Source: a virus
Lineage: Duplodnaviria > Caudoviricetes
IMG/VR virus record: IMGVR_UViG_3300016675_000431
Span: 1-33,922 of that record
DNA: 33,922 nucleotides
Strand: one strand, 5' to 3'
The notes below the pieces were generated by a model. The model did not search any database, was not told where the DNA came from, and saw only the letters and a list, made by a program, of their open reading frames with translations. Shown here one piece after another: positions 25,184-32,032 of this stretch. The position numbers and the translations under genes are program-made. How positions within the stretch are numbered: position 1 is the stretch's first letter; every line of letters starts with the position of its first letter.

Positions 25184-28168
25184 ATGCCAACAAAAAGAAA
25201 ACATAGAGATGTAAATCCAACACAAAACTCCATAATTACTTCCTTTACCAACGTACTTGAGAAAAAAGCATACGAAGCAAAGGCTTCTCGTGGTGAATCT
25301 AGTGGGTTATGGGAAGAGGAACCTGTTGATATTTACACTTTTTTACGTGACCCTGATTATTTAAATTTAGGCCCAGGTTTTAAATTATCAGATGCTCAGT
25401 ATGAAATCATGAAAAAAGCAGAAGACTTTGAAAATGATATAAATACATTTGTTATTTGGGTTGGTAAAGGTGGAGGTAAAAACAGTTTAACAAGAATAAT
25501 TTTCTTGAGACTTGCCTATGTACTATTATGTATGAGAAGCCCACACAGTTATTTTAATATGCCTCCCAACGATATATTTACAATAATGAATGTTGCTGCT
25601 AACTCAGAACAGGCAAGTGCTGCATTTTTTGAGCCTCTAAAAAACATGTTGAAGATGGCAGGAAATAAAGCTTTTCGACAGTTTGGCTTTAATATTGAAA
25701 CTGACATGTTAGACAAAGAAGTAAACTTTCCAAAAAATATTCAACTTTATTCTGGACACTCTAAAGCTGATGCTCTTGAGGGAAGAAATATTATTGTAGC
25801 TGTAGCAGATGAGATTGATGGGGACTCTTTTCAAAAACCAGATAAAATGTGGACAATGTTAAATTCCTCTGCCAATACTCGTTTTGTGGGTAGACAAAAA
25901 ATATTTGCACTGTCATATATGCGTTACGACTCTTCTAATGGAATGATAAAAAAGTTATATGATAGTTATTTATCTTCCCCAAAGGCAATGGTTAGAAAGT
26001 ACCCAACATGGGTTTTTAATCCAAGAGAAGATGTTACTAAAGAATCCCTAGCAGATGAATTTAATAAGTTTCCTGAAATGGCAGCATGTATGTATGCATG
26101 TGACCCACCAAAATCTACAATTGATGGTTGGATTAAAGACCACGACAGAATAAAGGCTTCTATGAAAGAAAACTCTAAGAGATGGCCTTTGCTTTTTCCT
26201 TCACCTGTAGTAAATTTTAAAAACTTTCCTTTGTTAGAAGTAAGTAGAGTAGACCAAGCTACGGGAGAACAAATAGTCTTAGACCCATTTAATTTAGAAT
26301 TCAAAGAATGGTTCAGAGGTATTCCTGATGTCAGTTATATGTTTGTGGGAGACCCAGGATTAGGTAATGTTGAGAATGGTGGGGACTCTTACGGTATTGC
26401 TTTAGGACACAGAGAAGTTAAACTAGATGTAAACGGAAAAAAGTTAATTAGACCTGTGGTAGACTTTGTTTTTCGTTTTACAGGCTATATGTTTGCAGAA
26501 AGAGAAATACAATTTTCTGCAATACATAAATTGATAGAAAAATTGAAAGATGAGTTGGGATTTAATATAGAAATGTTTTCTTTTGACCAGTGGAATAGTG
26601 TTTCTACTGCACAGTGGCTCAGAAGTAAATATGGAAACAGTATTTATATAAACTACAAAAAGAATGTTGGATATGAAGAATATGCACTACTTAGACAACA
26701 TATTTTTGGAGAAGCTGACCCATCTTCAGGTATTGGAGGAAAGATTGTCAATGGTGGAATAGATTGGTTTTATCATGAAATTTTGTTTGATGAGCTAATA
26801 AATCTTCAAGAAGACAAAACTAAGAGAAAAGTAGACCACACTGACTTTAGCTGTTTTACAGGTGATACTAAAATAAAACAACTAGATGGAACAATAAAAA
26901 CCTTTAAAGAACTTGTAGACAATAATGTAAAAGAATTTTGGACAATCTCTTACGACACTCTAAAAAAACAATATGTTCCATCTTTAGCAAAAAATCCTCG
27001 GATTACCAAGTATACAAATCATGCAATAAAAATTTATCTGGATAACGGCACAGATTTTACTTGCACGTTAGACCATAAATTATTATTAAAAGATGGTTCA
27101 TGGAAAGAGGCACAAACTATAAAAATTAATGATTCACTAGAAGCAACCAATTTTATTCAAAAAAAGATTAGAAATTCTAGTTTATACACTCATATTTATA
27201 TCAATAGCTCTTGGGTTCCAGTACATACATTTGTTTTTAATTATTTTAACAAAAAAGAAAAAAACGAAGTTTTGCATCATATCAATTTCAATAGATTTGA
27301 TAATACACCAAATAATTTAATTGCTTGGGATAAATTGGAACATTGGAAATATCATTCGGAGTTAATGAAAGAATACAGAAAAGATGTAGAATTTGAACTA
27401 CACAGAGACCAAAAACATAAACTATACAGAGAAAGTACTGCGGGTAGATTAAAAAGCAGTGAAACCATGAAAAATAATTGGATACTCGGAAAAGTAGGTC
27501 GTAAAAGTCCAATTACGGAAAAAGAGCGTCAAACTTATCGTGAGAGAATTGTTGAATATAATAAATCTGAAAAACATAGAAATTTTATGCGTCAGAAGAC
27601 AAATCAAAAAAATCTTGAACTCGGTAGAAAAGAGAAGTGTACTTTTAATTTAATAGTAGAAAACTATACAAAAGGTATGACAATGCAACAAGTTTCAGAA
27701 AAAATCGGTTTTCATCGTACAACTATACGTAGAACACTTAAACGGTACAATAAAAAATGGGAAGATATAAAAAATCATAACCACAAAGTTATTAAAATAG
27801 AGTTCATAAATTTTATAAATCCAGAACCCATGTATGATGTAACAGTAGATGTTTATGAGAATTTTATGTTAGAGAATGGTAATATAGTTCACAATTCTAA
27901 AGATATGGCAGACCCAGTGGCATCCCTAGTATATGCTTGTGTTAAAAACTGGGGTGGTAGTGGAATTGAAATAGCGGCTGGTACAGAAAATGAACAAAAC
28001 AGTCAGATTACTCAAAATAATCCACTATTGACAAATGAGCAAAATAATAGTAATATAAGAAGTGCTATAACGAACTTAGAAGAACTGCTAGACCAATTAA
28101 AAAAGTTGGATAGACAAGAAAAGATTGAAAAGTTCGAGCAACAAAATGCTAAATTAAACAGAGGATAA
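25184..28168 (+). CDS. terL: Terminase large subunit with intein
   Basis: Walker A GKGGGKN; Walker B AVADEID; nuclease residues FVGDPG and SFDQWNS; KVDH...|SKDMAD. Start ATG 25184 has a GAGGAG SD (track start 25151 is an upstream TTG). Confidence 0.92.
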   Translation: MPTKRKHRDVNPTQNSIITSFTNVLEKKAYEAKASRGESSGLWEEEPVDIYTFLRDPDYLNLGPGFKLSDAQYEIMKKAEDFENDINTFVIWVGKGGGKNSLTRIIFLRLAYVLLCMRSPHSYFNMPPNDIFTIMNVAANSEQASAAFFEPLKNMLKMAGNKAFRQFGFNIETDMLDKEVNFPKNIQLYSGHSKADALEGRNIIVAVADEIDGDSFQKPDKMWTMLNSSANTRFVGRQKIFALSYMRYDSSNGMIKKLYDSYLSSPKAMVRKYPTWVFNPREDVTKESLADEFNKFPEMAACMYACDPPKSTIDGWIKDHDRIKASMKENSKRWPLLFPSPVVNFKNFPLLEVSRVDQATGEQIVLDPFNLEFKEWFRGIPDVSYMFVGDPGLGNVENGGDSYGIALGHREVKLDVNGKKLIRPVVDFVFRFTGYMFAEREIQFSAIHKLIEKLKDELGFNIEMFSFDQWNSVSTAQWLRSKYGNSIYINYKKNVGYEEYALLRQHIFGEADPSSGIGGKIVNGGIDWFYHEILFDELINLQEDKTKRKVDHTDFSCFTGDTKIKQLDGTIKTFKELVDNNVKEFWTISYDTLKKQYVPSLAKNPRITKYTNHAIKIYLDNGTDFTCTLDHKLLLKDGSWKEAQTIKINDSLEATNFIQKKIRNSSLYTHIYINSSWVPVHTFVFNYFNKKEKNEVLHHINFNRFDNTPNNLIAWDKLEHWKYHSELMKEYRKDVEFELHRDQKHKLYRESTAGRLKSSETMKNNWILGKVGRKSPITEKERQTYRERIVEYNKSEKHRNFMRQKTNQKNLELGRKEKCTFNLIVENYTKGMTMQQVSEKIGFHRTTIRRTLKRYNKKWEDIKNHNHKVIKIEFINFINPEPMYDVTVDVYENFMLENGNIVHNSKDMADPVASLVYACVKNWGGSGIEIAAGTENEQNSQITQNNPLLTNEQNNSNIRSAITNLEELLDQLKKLDRQEKIEKFEQQNAKLNRG
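26852..27895 (+). mobile_element. Intein (348 aa) with HNH endonuclease and HTH, in the TerL nuclease domain
   Basis: Starts CFTGDTKI; block B CTLDHKL; HNH VHTFVF...VLHHINFNRFDNTPNNL; HTH MTMQQVSEKIGFHRTTIRR; block F MYDVTV; ends IVHN with +1 Ser. Confidence 0.92.
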
Positions 28169-28169
28169 T

Positions 28170-28421
28170 ATGGAAGAACAAGATTTAAATACAGCAGCAA
28201 TGTTGGGACAAGAAGATGTAGAAAACGATGAATTAAAGATTGATGTAATATTCAATGAAATTAAGGAAAAGCTTTCTGATTTAGAAAAAGACCACGTAAA
28301 GGGTTTTACAAAGGACAATGCAGCAGCAAGACGCAGGGGACGTGTTTTAACTCTTGATGTAGAAAAACTTCTAAAACAATATCGAAAAACATCTCTTGAA
28401 ACAGAAAAAGCAGCCTCTTAA
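28170..28421 (+). CDS. Histone H1-like (Hc1 family) small nucleoid protein
   Basis: KDNAAARRRGRVLTLDVEKLLKQYRKTSLE matches the Hc1 core pattern (K)GNKAA.xR.R..s..lek..K.yRK.S; GAGGA SD. Confidence 0.75.
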   Translation: MEEQDLNTAAMLGQEDVENDELKIDVIFNEIKEKLSDLEKDHVKGFTKDNAAARRRGRVLTLDVEKLLKQYRKTSLETEKAAS

Positions 28422-28432
28422 GGCTGCTTTTT
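28405..28432. terminator. Bidirectional intrinsic terminator
   Basis: AAAAAGCAGCCT-ctta-AGGCTGCTTTTT between convergent genes, with U-tracts on both strands. Confidence 0.9.
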
Positions 28433-28715
28433 ACAAATTCAGTAAATTATTAAATAGTTCCTTGGTTAACCTTTCTTTATTGTATCCATAGTCTAAATAT
28501 ATCTTGGATTCATTTACATCTAATATATACCCTAAAATGGTTTTATTAGCCAATAGTATATCTTCTAGGGTATGAACACTAGACCCGATTAAAATATATA
28601 GATTTTTTCCTTTTAGTAAAACATTCACTTTATCAAAATTTGTAACCCAAGCTCTTAGACCAGATTCAATTACGGAGTTAGGAATAATTACTTTTTCATT
28701 TTCAACAGGATTCAT
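28431..28715 (-). CDS. Hypothetical protein (94 aa)
   Basis: Fills the gap; extended -10 promoter 7 nt upstream of the ATG; ends at the terminator. Confidence 0.75.
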   Translation of the reverse strand: MNPVENEKVIIPNSVIESGLRAWVTNFDKVNVLLKGKNLYILIGSSVHTLEDILLANKTILGYILDVNESKIYLDYGYNKERLTKELFNNLLNL

Positions 28716-28722
28716 ATAAAGT

Positions 28723-28752
28723 ATTTTATCATTTATTGACGAAATGTGTAAA
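28723..28752 (-). promoter_or_regulatory. Sigma70-type promoter, likely leaderless transcript
   Basis: On the minus strand: TTTACA, 18 nt, TAAAAT preceded by TGn, then 7 nt to the ATG. Confidence 0.6.
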
Positions 28753-28764
28753 ATAAGTTATACT
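28736..28764 (+). promoter_or_regulatory. Sigma70-type promoter for the DUF551-polA unit
   Basis: TTGACG (28736-41), 17 nt, TATACT (28759-64). Confidence 0.75.
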
Positions 28765-28776
28765 TAGGATATTATT

Positions 28777-29031
28777 ATGATTGATACAGATTCAGATATA
28801 CAAGGTTGTGATTCAGCATGGTTTCCCATAGATACTGCACCCAAAGACGGGACTGAAATATTAGTAAAGGGTGGAATTTATGGTTGTGATGAAAGTGGGT
28901 TAGAAATATCGAGCGCACCATTTAAAGAAATTAGAATAGCTTATTGGGATGAACATTGTTGGTATGATGCAGTAAACTGTAATTTTTGGTATCGTCCTAC
29001 ACATTGGATGCCTCTACCAAGTATAGATTAG
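28777..29031 (+). CDS. DUF551-like small phage protein
   Basis: WFPIDTAPKDGTEILV ... PTHWMPLP signature. Confidence 0.8.
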   Translation: MIDTDSDIQGCDSAWFPIDTAPKDGTEILVKGGIYGCDESGLEISSAPFKEIRIAYWDEHCWYDAVNCNFWYRPTHWMPLPSID

Positions 29032-29046
29032 AATGAGAATAGATAC

Positions 29047-31251
29047 ATGAAAAAAGACTTTTACGACTATAAACGCTATATTTCTTTAGACATAGAAACA
29101 ACAAATAATGAAGGTTCTGGTTCACTTAATGCAAGAGAAGGTGACATTGCATTAATACAATGCAAGATTTTTGATAAAGAAAAAAACGAGTCTGGGCCAG
29201 CCATATTAATCTATCCAGAAAACGACCAAGATATAAACCATTTATCCAAACTACTAACAGATTCAGATAATTTAGTTATTATTCATAACTACAATTTTGA
29301 ATATCTTTGGTTAGCACAAAAAGGTATATTTATAGATGAGGTTTTAGATACTTTAATATTAGGTGAATTATATTATTCTGGATTAACATCACCAGATGAA
29401 GCGAGTAAAAAGACCAATTCTATTAAAAGACTTTATAAGAATGAAGATGACGAATTTCTATTTGATAATATTATTGATTTAGTAGGGTATAAAGACACAA
29501 AAAGTAGTCAGATGTCATTTAGTTTGCAAACCTCTCTTTTAAGAGAGTTAAACATATTTATCAGTAAAGAAGCTCAAAACAGTGATTGGAAAAAAAGACC
29601 ACTCACAGCAGAACAAATTAAGTATGCAAAGTCCGATGTAGAACATCTATATCAACTTGCTAAAAAGTTATGGGATAAAGCTGTTAAATTCAATTTGCAA
29701 AATACAATAAAATTAGAAATGGGTTTATTACCTGCTGCAATATCTATGTCTTGGACAGGTAGTAAAATACATAAAGAATCATGGCTTAAACATATTAAAG
29801 AAGAAGAAGTAAATTTAATAAAGTTAAAGGATGAATTAGAATTAGAGTTTGGTAAACTTTTGCCAGATACAGGACAATCAGCCCTGTTTTCTGAGTTTGA
29901 GGAAAAACGAGTAAATTTAAATTCTTCAGTCGTAATACCCAAAATTTTAGGTCTGCCAAATGTTAAAGCTCAGACCTTATTGGAAAATGTTGGTAAAAAC
30001 GAATATATTCCTAAATTTCTATCATATAAAAAATTACAAAAAGAAGTTTCTACTTACGGAGAAGGTTACTTTAAATATGTTTTAGAGGATGAACGTTTAA
30101 GGACTACTTTTGTACAAACTTTTACATCAACGGGACGATTTTCAAGTCGAAAACCCAACTGTCAAAATTTGGTAAGCTGGTTTAAAGGAATGGTAAGGTC
30201 TGAGGAAAACTACATTCCTGTTATAGTTGACTATTCACAAATAGAATTGAGAATCATGGCTTATGCTGCACAGGATGAAGCTTTTATTGAAGCTTGTAAC
30301 AGTACAGACATGCACACTCAAAATGCTAGAAACATGTATAAGATACCTGAAAATGAATCTGTTCCTAGTGAGCTAAGAAGACGGGCAAAGACCCTATCAT
30401 TCTCTGTACCATATGGAATTAGTCCAGTGGGTTTAGTGGGTAGAGGAATATTTCCTACTTTTGAGGAAGCAGATGAAGCAATTAAAAAGTTTTATGAGGC
30501 TTTTCCTAAAGTGGCAGAATTTTTACAAAAAAGTGCTGAAGAGGCTGTTACTCAGGGTTGGAATGCAGATGCCTAAGGGCGTATAAGACGATATGAGTTA
30601 CCAGAGATGCCAAAGGGCTACACATTTTTAAAGAATCAAATAAAAGGTAAGAAATACCAACTGAGAGATTCTGGTGTAGATGTAAAGGAACTAATTAAAG
30701 AAAAAAAATTAGGTGAATATATATCTAAACTTAAACTAGAAGGGAAAACAAGCGAAGCTAATTCTATTGTTCAGACATTTCAAAATGAAAAGGAATTTTC
30801 TGAGTTTAAGTCTTATATCTTTTATGAAACTGATTTAGCTGCAATTAAAAGAGAAGGGCAAAATCTAAAAATACAAGCTGCTTCAGCAGATATTACCAAA
30901 ATTGCAATTAAAGATTTATACGAATACTTTTTAGAGACTGGTTACGGCTTTTTAACATTCACTGTTCACGACTCTATTTCTTTTGAACTTTTAGAAAAGT
31001 ATTTTCATATAGCATTTCCTAAATGTATTGAAATCATGGAAAATGCAGCTAAAAAGGTTATTCCATCAATCAAGGCTCCCGTTGACCCGTCTGTAGGTTG
31101 GGAAACTAAAGTTATTTGCCCAATTTGCAATACAAACAAAATAAAAATGTACAATATGGATTTTATTGATAACAAGCTTTATAAAGACATAAATAAAATA
31201 ATAGAAATAAAGAATATAAAGTGTGATGAATGCAATAAAAAACCCGCTTAA
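29047..31251 (+). CDS. polA: Family A DNA polymerase (3'-5' exonuclease plus polymerase), one reading frame interrupted by TAA at 30574-30576
   Basis: Exo I SLDIET, Exo II HNYNFE, Exo III YAKSDV; TSTGRFSSRKPNCQN; motif A DYSQIELR; motif B RRRAKTLSFSVPYG. After the stop and in frame: GRIRRY, NLKIQAASAD and motif C TVHDS. Track ORFs 29047..30576 and 30607..31251 share a frame. Confidence 0.9.
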
Positions 31252-31269
31252 CCAAGCGGGTTTTTTATT
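31234..31269. terminator. Bidirectional intrinsic terminator overlapping both convergent stop codons
   Basis: AATAAAAAACCCGCTT-aacc-AAGCGGGTTTTTTATT, a 16-bp perfect inverted repeat. Confidence 0.9.
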
Positions 31270-31625
31270 TGAAGATAAGTTAGTGCCGTACACAAAAATA
31301 TTAAGTCTTTAATTTTATCGGTTTCTGATAATAAAAAGTAATCTACCATAGACGGATGTTGTTTAGCATCCTCGTCTTTTATGGGGCCATATTCCCAACC
31401 AGAACTTATTTTTTTATTTAACCAGTTAATATGCAAATCTTCAGCCTTGATGTCTGGATACCTATCTAAAACAAAAAGAACACCTTCTAATACAGATTCT
31501 TTTGTTTGTAAATCTAGTTCATCCCAGTCTACTTGAGAAAAGTCACCATTTAGCTCACACCAAACTTTATTTGCCATGTGACATCTTTTTGCAATTTCCT
31601 GTAGAAGATTTGAATCTATAACCAT
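31248..31625 (-). CDS. RyR-domain protein
   Basis: HINWLNKKISSGWEYGPIKDEDAKQHPSMVDYFLLSETDKIKD fits the RyR repeat H..W...K...GW.YG...D...K.HP....Y..L...EK.KD; GAGGA SD. Confidence 0.85.
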   Translation of the reverse strand: MVIDSNLLQEIAKRCHMANKVWCELNGDFSQVDWDELDLQTKESVLEGVLFVLDRYPDIKAEDLHINWLNKKISSGWEYGPIKDEDAKQHPSMVDYFLLSETDKIKDLIFLCTALTYLQIKNPLG

Positions 31626-31657
31626 TGTTTTTCCTCAGTAAATTAATCATCAGTAAA

Positions 31658-31987
31658 TTAGTCATCGTTAAAAGACCTATTAAAGTTTTCTATTAAATGA
31701 TAATCAGTTGTATATAAAAATATTGCTTTATAATTTTTATCATTTAATGAAATTTTTACATAATTAGATTTTGTTCTCACCCATTCAATATCTTGTACAT
31801 TCAAAGTACAAACAGCAGGTGACTCATCAAAGGTAATTTCAACAGTGTTATTTTTTCCAGAGTGTATATAAGCAGGAAATGGAAAATCAATAAAAGAACT
31901 ATCTCTATTTAATATTCTAATACCTGTAATCTTATCAATTTTTTTAATTGCATCTGTAAGTAATCTTAAGCGTTTTGAATCTCTCAT
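31658..31987 (-). CDS. Hypothetical protein (109 aa)
   Basis: ORF fills the gap; TGtTATACT lies 10 nt upstream of the ATG. Confidence 0.75.
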   Translation of the reverse strand: MRDSKRLRLLTDAIKKIDKITGIRILNRDSSFIDFPFPAYIHSGKNNTVEITFDESPAVCTLNVQDIEWVRTKSNYVKISLNDKNYKAIFLYTTDYHLIENFNRSFNDD

Positions 31988-31997
31988 ATATACTGAA

Positions 31998-32006
31998 AGT
32001 ATAACA
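31998..32006 (-). promoter_or_regulatory. Extended -10 promoter
   Basis: TGTTATACT on the minus strand in the intergenic gap. Confidence 0.55.
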
Positions 32007-32032
32007 CAAATCTTTATATATTAGAATATAGA

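Noticed and set aside
28170-28421. Bacteroidota host inferred from the Hc1-like gene
   Set aside because: Clear SD sequences and TTGAC-17-TATA.T promoters do not fit Bacteroidota expression signals; the host remains undetermined.
30574-30606. Group I intron or split intein at the polA break
   Set aside because: The gap is only about 30 nt, continues the protein motif in frame, and has no intron core or intein blocks.
30571-30612. T4 gene 60-style ribosomal hop from GCC (30571) to the repeated GCC (30609)
   Set aside because: Landing there resumes out of frame and soon hits a stop, and the skipped segment contains the conserved GRIRRY motif.
1016-31293. Short track ORFs antisense to long genes (1016, 6179, 6843, 11064, 15062, 15278, 16174, 20040, 24129, 25966, 27288, 28012, 29652, 31066)
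   Set aside because: They lie wholly or almost wholly opposite well-supported genes and have the S/F/L-rich composition of antisense frames, with no motifs.
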